Origin: Verrucomicrobiia bacterium
Lineage (GTDB): Bacteria; Verrucomicrobiota; Verrucomicrobiia; Limisphaerales; UBA11358
Length of the DNA stretch: 64,000 nt
Assembly (NCBI GenBank): GCA_036489615.1
Contig: DASXFM010000185.1
Span: forward strand, 274 to 64,273
Direction of reading: 5' to 3'
Position numbers and translations under genes: made by a program. This document shows, piece by piece, positions 32,407 through 41,132 of the stretch. The notes under the pieces are model-generated. The model was not told where the DNA came from, ran no database searches, and saw only the letters and a list, made by a program, of their open reading frames with translations. Every line of letters starts with the position of its first letter. Positions within the stretch are counted from its first letter, which is position 1.

Positions 32407-33663
32407 ATGCAAACCAACGAAATCCGAAAAGTCCTGGAAAGTTTTACGGATTGGCTCGGCCATTACGGTGAAAATTCGTGGGACCATCAATCTTTTTTTG
32501 CCGGCCCCATCGGACGCCGCGCAAAGTCCCTGTATTATCATCACCGGGCAATAGGCACGGCGACGGTGGCGCCGATGATTTTTTGCGAGGCTTTTCTTCC
32601 GTCAGCGAGAATGTGCTTTCATCATCCCATTCGGGTACCAATTGCGGACGCCCATTATGCGATGGGTTTTGCCTATCTTTACGAAGCTACGGGGAATGAA
32701 TACTTTTTTGACAAGGCGGTTCATTTCCTCGAGATGCTGGAGAAAACACGGTGCACTGATTTTAAGGAATATTGCTGGGGTTATCCCTTTGATTGGGTGA
32801 CGCGGAACGGCGTGATACCGGCACGCACCCCACTTATCACCACCACACCTTATGTCTTTGAGGCGTTTTTGCAGATGGAACAGATACGGCCGCACCTGAA
32901 ATGGCGCCGGATTTTGCAATCTATTGCACGGCACGTCGCCACGGATATCAGAGATTTTCGGCTTTCAGAAACGTCCAACACCTGTTCCTACACGCCATTC
33001 GATAAAGTCGGCGTGGTGAATGCCTCGGCTTACCGCGCCTTCACGCTCACGAGCGCGTCATGGCTGTTAGGCGATGAGCATTTGACTGAAATCGCCGGGC
33101 GCAACCTAAATTTCGTTTTGGAAGCGCAACGAACGGACGGCTCGTGGCCCTACGCGGTGGATGGCAAGCGGGAATTCGTGGATCATTTCCATACCTGTTT
33201 CATCCTGAAGGCGCTTACTAAGATCTATTTCCTCACCGGGAACGAGGGATGCCTGAAGGCGATCACGAGCGGAGTGGATTTTTATCTGAAGCATCTTTTC
33301 TCGGAGGACGGCATGCCGCGGCCTTTCGCCAAGGCGCCGCGCCTGACGGTCTATCGGCACGAGCTTTATGACTGCGCGGAGTGCATCAATTTGTGCCTGC
33401 TTTTAAGGAACCACTTTTCAGAACTCGATAAAACCCTGGAAACGGTGACGGCGGGGGTTTTAGAAAATTGGATCAAACCTGACGGCTCATTCCGTTCACG
33501 CCAATTGATGTTTGGCTGGGACAATGTGCCGATGCATCGCTGGGGACAATCGCAAATGTTTCGCAGCCTGACGCTTTGCCTAAAGGAAGCGCGGGCGGCG
33601 GATGACCACCATTATGAAAACCTCGATTCCAAATACCATGTGCGGGATTTGTGGGCAGCTTAA
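32407..33663 (+). CDS. Hypothetical protein, possibly an (alpha/alpha)6-barrel polysaccharide-modifying enzyme
   Basis: Helix-pair periodicity and DGSWPYAVDG..FVDHFHTCFILKAL. The function call is weak. The ORF track starts at TTG 32383 and the first ATG is at 32407. Confidence 0.7.
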   Translation: MQTNEIRKVLESFTDWLGHYGENSWDHQSFFAGPIGRRAKSLYYHHRAIGTATVAPMIFCEAFLPSARMCFHHPIRVPIADAHYAMGFAYLYEATGNEYFFDKAVHFLEMLEKTRCTDFKEYCWGYPFDWVTRNGVIPARTPLITTTPYVFEAFLQMEQIRPHLKWRRILQSIARHVATDIRDFRLSETSNTCSYTPFDKVGVVNASAYRAFTLTSASWLLGDEHLTEIAGRNLNFVLEAQRTDGSWPYAVDGKREFVDHFHTCFILKALTKIYFLTGNEGCLKAITSGVDFYLKHLFSEDGMPRPFAKAPRLTVYRHELYDCAECINLCLLLRNHFSELDKTLETVTAGVLENWIKPDGSFRSRQLMFGWDNVPMHRWGQSQMFRSLTLCLKEARAADDHHYENLDSKYHVRDLWAA

Positions 33664-35539
33664 CTTTGCAACGGACGAACCGGTGAATCCAGAGATGATT
33701 CGCCTGATGTCGCGCTCGATGTTTCATCGGGGCCCGGACGACGAAGGCACTTTCATCTCGGGACCATTGGGGCTCGGATTCCGCCGACTCTCGATCATCG
33801 ACCTGGCGGGCGGGCACCAACCGATGGCCGACGAAGAACGGTCGGTACAAGTCATTTTTAACGGCGAGATCTACAATTTCAAAGAGTTGCGGCGGGAATT
33901 GGAGAGGTGCGGGTACCAGTTCCGCACGCGCTCTGATACGGAAGTCATCGTCCATGGTTATAAGGAATGGGGCATGGGAGTTTTCAACCATCTGAACGGG
34001 ATGTTCGGCATCGCCATTTGGGACGCGAAGTATAAGCGGCTGATCGTGGCGCGCGATCCGATGGGCATGAAGATGATCTACTATCGAATCGAAGACGGGC
34101 AACTGACCTTTGGTTCGGAAATCCGGCCGGTTCTGGCTGCGAAGGAGGCCGCGCCGGAAATCTCTCCGGCGGCGATTTCACTCTTTTTACGGTTTCGTTA
34201 TACCCCATCTCCCCTGACCGTTTTCAAAGGGGTCAAAAAACTGGCAGCTGGCACGATGCTAATCGTCGAGAAAGGAAAATGCCGGGAAGAACGCTGGTAT
34301 CAATTTACCCCCTCACCGCTTCCCGGGCGCATCAAGGATTCGGAAGCGGCGGAGCAATTGCTGGAACTTTACCGCCGGTCCGTACGACGACATTTGTCCG
34401 CGGATGTACCCGTAGGCATCCTCCTAAGTGGCGGGCTGGATTCGGCACTGTTACTGGCGTTGATGAATGAATACGGTCGGAACTGGCCTGCTTATACAAT
34501 CGGCTATGGAAAACAATTTGCGGATGATGAACTCCAATCTGCCGCCAAGACGGCATTGTATCTGGGCGCCCGCCATGTGGCGGTGAAGCTGGACCGAAGC
34601 GAATTCGAAAGAGCGCTTCCCAAGATTGTAGAATTCCTGGAAGAACCAGTCGCCAGTTCGTCAATCGTGCCGATGTATTTTATCTGCCGGCGGGCGCGGC
34701 AGGATGTAAAAGTGGCACTGGTCGGCCAGGGGCCGGACGAACTTTTTGGCGGTTATAACCGTCATCTGGGAGTTCACTATGGAAATTTGTGGCGCCGGTT
34801 GCCGAAGAAAATCCGTTCGCACCTCAGTTCGGCCATTTTACGGCTGCCCCGAAATGAAATGTTGAAACGTGGCGTCCAGTCGCTGGCAATTGAAGACCGC
34901 TTTGCGCGCTACGAAAGCATTTTCTCGCTGCACCCGGCGGAAACGGTCAAACGGTTGTTCCGTTCGGACTTTCGTCCCAATGGCGAAAGCGAATTATCCA
35001 CTTACTTGGACCCGCTTATGTCCCAGATGGAGCGCACGGATGAGCTTGGCGGATTTCAACTTCTCGAAATCCGGTCGTCGCTGCCGGATGAATTGCTAAT
35101 GTATTCGGACAAATTGTCCATGGCCCACAGCCTGGAGGCGCGGGTGCCGTATTTGGACAAGAACATCGTCGAATTTGCCCAACGACTGAATGCCAATCAT
35201 AAAATCCGCTATGGAGTCCGCAAATGGCTTCACCGCCGGGTTTGTTCCAAGATGCTTCCCACCTCAATTCTCTTCCGGAAGAAGCGCGGCTTTGCGGTGA
35301 ATGTCGTGGACGATTGGTTTAATGCGCGCGCCAAAGGGCAATTTCCCGAGATGTTGCTGGACAAGCATTCGCTGATTTTCGAACAACTGGAGCCTGAACC
35401 GGTGCGAAACCTCCTGGAGGAACATCGGATGCGGCGCCAAAACAATCATAAACTTTTATTCAGCCTGATCATATTGGAACAGTGGCTGCGCGGGATCCGC
35501 TCCAATTTTACAGAGGACCGCGCAGCCATAGCCGCCTGA
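33638..35539 (+). CDS. asnB: Asparagine synthase (glutamine-hydrolysing) family amidotransferase
   Basis: Trimmed so that the mature N-terminus is MCGICGQ (catalytic Cys2). RGPDDEG.., and the PP-loop VGILLSGGLDSA. Confidence 0.95.
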   Translation: MCGICGQLNFATDEPVNPEMIRLMSRSMFHRGPDDEGTFISGPLGLGFRRLSIIDLAGGHQPMADEERSVQVIFNGEIYNFKELRRELERCGYQFRTRSDTEVIVHGYKEWGMGVFNHLNGMFGIAIWDAKYKRLIVARDPMGMKMIYYRIEDGQLTFGSEIRPVLAAKEAAPEISPAAISLFLRFRYTPSPLTVFKGVKKLAAGTMLIVEKGKCREERWYQFTPSPLPGRIKDSEAAEQLLELYRRSVRRHLSADVPVGILLSGGLDSALLLALMNEYGRNWPAYTIGYGKQFADDELQSAAKTALYLGARHVAVKLDRSEFERALPKIVEFLEEPVASSSIVPMYFICRRARQDVKVALVGQGPDELFGGYNRHLGVHYGNLWRRLPKKIRSHLSSAILRLPRNEMLKRGVQSLAIEDRFARYESIFSLHPAETVKRLFRSDFRPNGESELSTYLDPLMSQMERTDELGGFQLLEIRSSLPDELLMYSDKLSMAHSLEARVPYLDKNIVEFAQRLNANHKIRYGVRKWLHRRVCSKMLPTSILFRKKRGFAVNVVDDWFNARAKGQFPEMLLDKHSLIFEQLEPEPVRNLLEEHRMRRQNNHKLLFSLIILEQWLRGIRSNFTEDRAAIAA

Positions 35540-35553
35540 AATTTGCCACTACC

Positions 35554-36432
35554 ATGCAAATCGACAATACAGAAATTTCTCTCAACGGAAAATTTTTCCG
35601 CATCGCGAAACTGTACCATGAATGGTTCGAGTTTTTGGATGAGCCAGCGGCATTGGTTGAAAAAATGAAAAAAAACAAACCGATCCCGGATTTGTTCACG
35701 TTTGTCCAGGAAACGCATGTGCCGCGCCCGGAATTTCCGTTTCATCGCGAGACGGCATTCGCCTCCGTACTAACGATAAAAAGTTTTGACGATTGGTGGG
35801 ACAATCTCCATTTCAAAGCCCGGAATAAAGCGCGCAAGGCACAAAAGACGGGCGTGGAAATTCATGAAACGGAATTGAACGAAGTCTTCATCCGGGGCGT
35901 AGAAAAAGTTTACAATGAATCCCCCTTGAGGCAGGGGCGGAAATTTACTCATTACGGAAAAAGCTTTGACCAAATCAAAGAAGACCTCAGCTCTTTCAAA
36001 GACAAATCCATATTTATCGGCGCTTATTTCAACGGTGAGTTGATTGGCTTTATGAAATTATTCCAGGGCAATGGGATTTTACGGACGATCCATATTATCG
36101 CTACGATCGCGCACCGGGACAAATGCGTCATGGATGCGCTCATCGCGCGGGCAGTAAAACTTTGCGACGAAAAAGGAGTTTCGTACCTGCATTACGGAGA
36201 CTGGACGTCACGCGGGCTGGGAGCGTTCCGAACCAAATATAATTTTCAACCGCAGGAATGCCCGCGATATTTTGTTCCTTTAACGGCGCGTGGGAAATTC
36301 ATGCTCAACTTCCGGTTGTATCGTCCTCTACGCGAACGGTTACCACAGTCCTGGGTGGACCGGCTGATCGCCCTGCGAAATCAATGGAATGCCATGCGAT
36401 ATGGGGCGACGAGGAGCACAGCCGAGATTTAA
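35554..36432 (+). CDS. GNAT/FemAB-like (Acetyltransf_6-like) protein
   Basis: Trimmed to MQIDNTE. FKARNKARKAQKTGVEIHE...IFIGAYFNGELIGFMKLF...DALIARAVKLCDEKGVSYLHYGDW follows the FemAB/CelD-like pattern. Confidence 0.75.
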   Translation: MQIDNTEISLNGKFFRIAKLYHEWFEFLDEPAALVEKMKKNKPIPDLFTFVQETHVPRPEFPFHRETAFASVLTIKSFDDWWDNLHFKARNKARKAQKTGVEIHETELNEVFIRGVEKVYNESPLRQGRKFTHYGKSFDQIKEDLSSFKDKSIFIGAYFNGELIGFMKLFQGNGILRTIHIIATIAHRDKCVMDALIARAVKLCDEKGVSYLHYGDWTSRGLGAFRTKYNFQPQECPRYFVPLTARGKFMLNFRLYRPLRERLPQSWVDRLIALRNQWNAMRYGATRSTAEI

Positions 36433-36440
36433 AGAATTAA

Positions 36441-36532
36441 GGAGAGGTGGCTGAGTGGCTTAAAGCAGCAACCACCTTAGGTTGTTATGCGGCTCGCCGC
36501 ATCGAAGGTTCAAATCCTATCCCTCTCCGCCA
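36441..36532 (+). tRNA. Type II (long variable arm) Ser-like tRNA gene with non-canonical anticodon arm and T-arm
   Basis: Acceptor GGAGAGG/CCTCTCC, G73, encoded CCA. D-arm GCT-GAGTGGCTTAA-AGC. Variable stem ATGCGG/CCGCAT. T-loop GG-TTCAAAT-CC. My hand fold gives an 8-nt (or 6-nt) anticodon loop and one extra nucleotide between the T-stem and the acceptor. Confidence 0.6.
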
Positions 36533-36568
36533 TTTTAAGAGTTGGTTAACCACTAAATACTTGAGTTC

Positions 36569-38353
36569 ATGCCCGGGATCGCTGGAATCATAACTTCTGC
36601 ACGGATGGAAGAGTGCCCTGCCCTCGTCAACGCCATGCTGATGACCATGAAGCATGAAAGATTCTACAAGGCGGCCACGCACTTTATACCGGAAATGAAA
36701 ATTTTTGCGGGCTTCACGGGATTTGAGGATTCCACCGACGGAATTTTTTCAAATGAAAGCGGCAATATATCACTGGTCTTTTCCGGCGAATGTTTTGTGG
36801 ACTCTAAAATCGCCAAAGGTGACAAGCTGATCCATTTATATGAAAATGAAGGGCACACGTTTATCAAAAAGCTCAACGGTCTTTTCTCCGGCCTTTTGAT
36901 AGACAAGGCACAGCGCAAAATTCTTCTCTTCAACGACCGTTACGGCATCAAACGGATATATTTTCACGAACAGGAAGGGAATTTTTATTTCGCCAGCGAG
37001 GCCAAAGCATTACTGCGGATATTACCCGACCAACGGCAATTCGACCCAGAATGCGTAGCGGATTTCCTCGCCTTCGGTTGCACGTTAAATTGGAAGACTT
37101 TATTTCGGGGCATAGAAATCCTGCCCGGTAGTTCGTTTTGGAGTTTTAAAAGCAGCCAGTGCCAGAAAGAAAAATATTTCTCACCAGAAACCTGGGAAGC
37201 ACAGCCTCAACTGACAGCTGATGATTTTGAAAGCAAGTTTCAGGAAATTTTCAGGAGGATTTTGCCAAGTTATTTTGAGCCGTCCTCAAAAGTCGGGGTA
37301 GCGCTGACGGGTGGCCTGGACACCCGGATGATCATGGCCTGCCGCCCACAAAACGACATGCAAACGGCATGCTACACTTTTTCTGGTAATAACGGGCTGA
37401 CCCTGGATGATAAGATCGCGGCACGTGTGGCGGCTGCTTCCAATTTGGAACATAACCTGTTGCGGTTGGATAATGACTTCTTTTCAGACTTTCCCGCGCA
37501 ACTCGATAAAACCGTTTTTGTCACTGATGGTTGTGCGGGACTTTCGAATGCGCATGAACTGTATTTGAACCGGAAGGCACGCCAATTGGCACCCATACGA
37601 TTGACCGGGAGTTTTGGCAGTGAGATTTTACGCAGTTTTTCAACGTTTAAGCAGGTTCCGGTATCGCAGCAGCTTTTTAATAATGATTGGCGGGCCAAAA
37701 TAAATTCCCGGCCGGGAAAAATCCAGACGGAGAATGCACAACCGATCAGTTTTGCGGCTTTCAAGGAGATTCCCTGGAACCTGTTTGGAAATTTGGAAGC
37801 GGGGCGCTCACAACTCCAATTTCGCACCCCATACCTAGACAATGAACTGGTCGCGCTGGCGTTTCAAGCACCGGAACAGATCCGAAAGTCCTCTTTACCA
37901 GCATTCCATCTCGTCCGGGCTAACAATCCGGCACTCAGCGAAATCCCTACAGACCGCGGGTTTGGCGGCAACAATTCCGGCCTGAAATTTTTATCACGAC
38001 GCGCGTTTGCCGAAATCACCTTCAAACTCGACTATTATACCATCGCCGGACTGCCGCGCCCGGCTTCGGCCCTCAATTCGATTTTCAAGTCGATTGTGGG
38101 AAAAATGAAAATCGCCGGGATGCATAAGTTTGTCCGCTACAGCAGTTGGTTCCGTAGCGAGCTGGCACCCTACGTCCGTGAAGTGCTTTCCAGCCAGCGC
38201 GTGCGCGGCAATAGTATTTGGAACCAAGATTTTTTAAATCAACTTGCAGCGGCGCACATTGCAGGAAATCACGACTATTCCGCAGAGATCAACTCCGTGA
38301 TGACCTTAGATGCCATCGAACGGTGCCTACTGCATGGGTTTTCTGAAAATTAG
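36569..38353 (+). CDS. AsnB-family protein lacking the N-terminal catalytic cysteine
   Basis: It starts MPGIAGII, where the family has MCGI. The synthetase-domain PP-loop is retained as VGVALTGGLDTR. Confidence 0.85.
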   Translation: MPGIAGIITSARMEECPALVNAMLMTMKHERFYKAATHFIPEMKIFAGFTGFEDSTDGIFSNESGNISLVFSGECFVDSKIAKGDKLIHLYENEGHTFIKKLNGLFSGLLIDKAQRKILLFNDRYGIKRIYFHEQEGNFYFASEAKALLRILPDQRQFDPECVADFLAFGCTLNWKTLFRGIEILPGSSFWSFKSSQCQKEKYFSPETWEAQPQLTADDFESKFQEIFRRILPSYFEPSSKVGVALTGGLDTRMIMACRPQNDMQTACYTFSGNNGLTLDDKIAARVAAASNLEHNLLRLDNDFFSDFPAQLDKTVFVTDGCAGLSNAHELYLNRKARQLAPIRLTGSFGSEILRSFSTFKQVPVSQQLFNNDWRAKINSRPGKIQTENAQPISFAAFKEIPWNLFGNLEAGRSQLQFRTPYLDNELVALAFQAPEQIRKSSLPAFHLVRANNPALSEIPTDRGFGGNNSGLKFLSRRAFAEITFKLDYYTIAGLPRPASALNSIFKSIVGKMKIAGMHKFVRYSSWFRSELAPYVREVLSSQRVRGNSIWNQDFLNQLAAAHIAGNHDYSAEINSVMTLDAIERCLLHGFSEN

Positions 38354-38356
38354 GCC

Positions 38357-39271
38357 ATGAAGAAGAAGCATATCAGTATCTGTATTTGTTCGTTCAAGCG
38401 CCCGCAATTTCTCCGGCGCACTCTGGAAAATTTGCGCGTCCTGGAAACGGAGGGCTTGTTTGATTATTCCATCGTGGTGGTAGATAACGATCGTGAGCAA
38501 ACGGCTCAGGAGACGGTTCTGGATTTTGCGAAGACGGCACTGGTCAAAATCTCTTATGGCGTCGAGCCTGAACAAAATATTTCTTTAGCCAGGAACAAGG
38601 CGCTGGAATTGGCGACGGGTGATTTCGTCGCATGGATCGACGATGACGAATTTCCCGAAGAGCGCTGGCTGCTCAATTTTTATAAGACGCTGGATCAAAC
38701 AAATTCCGATGGCGCGCTCGGGCCGGTCGAGCCAGTTTTTGAGCGCACACCGCCTTCCTGGATACTCAAGGGCAAATTTTTCGAGAAGCGCCGCGACCGC
38801 ATCACCGGTTCGAAGCTCAAGTGGAATCAGACCACGACGGCAAATGCACTGGTGCGGCGTGACCTTTTCAAGGGATTGACCGAGCCATTTCGGCGGCAAT
38901 TCAGCTCGGGTTGCGAGGACGTGGACTTCTTCAAGCGAATGATGGAGTACGGACATAGCTTTCTCTGGTGCAATGAAGCGGTCGTCCATGAGGTCATTCC
39001 GCCGGCGAGATGCAAGCGCCTGTATTTGATCCGCCGGGCATTAATGCGGGGACAGAACAATCGTCACTTTGCCGATGCGGAAAGTGTCGTCAGGTCGATC
39101 ATCGCCCTGCCCCTTTATTTCCTTTTGCTACCGTTCTTGTTGTTGATGGGCCAGCATTTCTTTATGCAGTATTTAATGAAAATAGGCGATCACGCGGGAA
39201 ATTTACTGGGCGTGGCAGGTGTCATTTTCACGGGCAAAAAATATCTCAATGAAAATCTTAAAAACGCCTGA
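38357..39271 (+). CDS. GT2 glycosyltransferase
   Basis: ISICICSFKRPQFLRRTLENL..IVVVDNDREQTA..WIDDDEFPE. Confidence 0.9.
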   Translation: MKKKHISICICSFKRPQFLRRTLENLRVLETEGLFDYSIVVVDNDREQTAQETVLDFAKTALVKISYGVEPEQNISLARNKALELATGDFVAWIDDDEFPEERWLLNFYKTLDQTNSDGALGPVEPVFERTPPSWILKGKFFEKRRDRITGSKLKWNQTTTANALVRRDLFKGLTEPFRRQFSSGCEDVDFFKRMMEYGHSFLWCNEAVVHEVIPPARCKRLYLIRRALMRGQNNRHFADAESVVRSIIALPLYFLLLPFLLLMGQHFFMQYLMKIGDHAGNLLGVAGVIFTGKKYLNENLKNA

Positions 39272-40292
39272 ACGTATGCGAGGAGCCCTGGTTTCCATCC
39301 TCATTCCGGCCTATAACGCGGAACGGTGGATCGCCGATACGGTTGATTCGGCGTTGCAACAAACGTGGCGTAATAGGGAGATCATCGTGGTAGATGATGG
39401 CTCAAGTGACCGGACAGCGGCTATTGCCGGGAATTTTCTAAAGGACGGCGTGATGGTCATCACGCAGAAAAACCAAGGTGCATCGGCCGCCCGAAATAAA
39501 GCTTTCGCCCATAGCAACGGAGATTTTATTCAATGGCTGGATGCGGATGATTTGATCGCCCCGGATAAGATTGCACGACAAATGGAAGTAGCCGAGCGCA
39601 TCGCAGACCCGTATGTGCTAATATCAGCGGAATGGGGCCGCTTCATGTATCGAGCACGGCATACGCGCTTTTCAAAATCCCGTTTATGGGAGAATCTAGC
39701 GCCAGCCGAATGGTTGTTCCGAAAACTTGGGGAAAATCTTTTTATGCCACCGCAGACATGGCTCGTCAGCCGCGAACTGACTGAGGCAGCGGGCCGGTGG
39801 GATGAACGATTGTCCCTGGATGATGACGGTGAATATTTTTCCCGCGTCGTTATAGCCAGCAAGAGAATCTGCTTCGTTCCCGGGGCCAAAGTTTTTTATC
39901 GCGCAGCCGGGTCCGGCAGCCTGAGCGACGTAGACCAGTCAAAAAGGAAATTGGAATCGCTCTGGCTTTCCCTGCAGCTGCAGATACGCCGACTTCAACA
40001 ACTTGAAGACAGCGAACGGACGCGTGCTGCCTGCGTCATTTTTTTAGAGAACTGGCTTAAATTTTTCTATCCGTGGCGGTTGGACATCGTCGAAGAAGCA
40101 CAACAATTAGCAGAATCACTTGGAGGCCATTTAAGCATACCACGGTTGCGGCGGAAGTATGCGTGGATTGAAAAGTTCAGCAACCGCCGCACGGCGGCCC
40201 GAGTGGAAGAATTTGTGCCTAATTTAAGAGCGAACCTGGCGCGCTTTTGGGATAGGAGCATGTTTCAGTTTGAACAAATCGGCAGAGCTTAA
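39249..40292 (+). CDS. GT2 glycosyltransferase
   Basis: VSILIPAYNAERWIADTVDSALQQT..IIVVDDGSSDRT..WLDADD. The start is either ATG 39249 or ATG 39276. Confidence 0.85.
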   Translation: MKILKTPERMRGALVSILIPAYNAERWIADTVDSALQQTWRNREIIVVDDGSSDRTAAIAGNFLKDGVMVITQKNQGASAARNKAFAHSNGDFIQWLDADDLIAPDKIARQMEVAERIADPYVLISAEWGRFMYRARHTRFSKSRLWENLAPAEWLFRKLGENLFMPPQTWLVSRELTEAAGRWDERLSLDDDGEYFSRVVIASKRICFVPGAKVFYRAAGSGSLSDVDQSKRKLESLWLSLQLQIRRLQQLEDSERTRAACVIFLENWLKFFYPWRLDIVEEAQQLAESLGGHLSIPRLRRKYAWIEKFSNRRTAARVEEFVPNLRANLARFWDRSMFQFEQIGRA

Positions 40293-40294
40293 TT

Positions 40295-41113
40295 ATGACC
40301 GAAACTTTTGTCATCGAAGCGGGACGCGCAGAGCGACAATACTGGCGCGACCTATGGAGGTTCCGCGAACTATTTTACTTTCTCGCCTGGCGGGATTTTT
40401 TAATCCGTTACAAGCAAACCGTTGTAGGGATCGCGTGGTCACTGATTCGCCCGTTTCTAATGATGCTGGCGCTGACCATGGTCGTGAGAATCGGAAAATT
40501 ACCGACTGGCGGAGTCCCCTACCCTTTGTTTGTTTTTTGCGGACTGCTTCCCTGGCAATTCTTTTCCACTGCGCTTTCGGAGAGCGGCAACAGCCTGGTG
40601 ACGAATTCAAACCTCGTTTCGAAAATCTATTTTCCGCGCCTGGTTGTTCCTACCAGCAGCGTCATAGTAAATTTTGTGGATTTTTTAATCTCCGCAATTT
40701 TTCTCGCGGTGCTGATGTTTTATTTTCATTTCGTGCCGCCGTCTCAAATCGTCTTCATTCCGCTTTTTGTGGTACTTATCTTTGCGGCGTCTTTGGGCAC
40801 AGGATTTTGGATTGCGGCGTTGACCGTTGAATATAGAGATTTTCGTTTTGTCATCCCCTTCATCGTCCAGTTTGGGATTTTTGTTTCCGGGGTATTCATG
40901 ATGACGAGCCATGTTCCGGAACGCTGGCGGCTGTTTTATTCAATTAATCCGGTAGTCGGAATCATCGACGGGTTTCGATGGTGCATTCTGGGGGGAGGCA
41001 ATGTTCTTTATGTTCCCGGGCTTGTGTTATCGATTCTCGTCACATTTCTCCTGATCTTCAGCGGCCTGTGGTATTTCCGAAAAACTGAACGCACGTTTGC
41101 GGACGTGATTTAA
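40295..41113 (+). CDS. ABC-2 type polysaccharide export permease (Wzm/TagG/KpsM-like)
   Basis: LWRFRELFYFLAWRDFLIRYKQTVVGIAWSLIRPF.. and six TM-like segments. Confidence 0.9.
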   Translation: MTETFVIEAGRAERQYWRDLWRFRELFYFLAWRDFLIRYKQTVVGIAWSLIRPFLMMLALTMVVRIGKLPTGGVPYPLFVFCGLLPWQFFSTALSESGNSLVTNSNLVSKIYFPRLVVPTSSVIVNFVDFLISAIFLAVLMFYFHFVPPSQIVFIPLFVVLIFAASLGTGFWIAALTVEYRDFRFVIPFIVQFGIFVSGVFMMTSHVPERWRLFYSINPVVGIIDGFRWCILGGGNVLYVPGLVLSILVTFLLIFSGLWYFRKTERTFADVI

Positions 41114-41132
41114 AATTTATCATTTTACACAA

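Noticed and set aside
33473-34102. Minus-strand ORF of 209 aa
   Set aside because: It is antisense to the strongly supported AsnB gene and has no motifs.
40270-40830. ORF 40270..40830 (186 aa)
   Set aside because: It lies in an alternative frame over the ABC-2 permease gene, whose own frame shows the family pattern.
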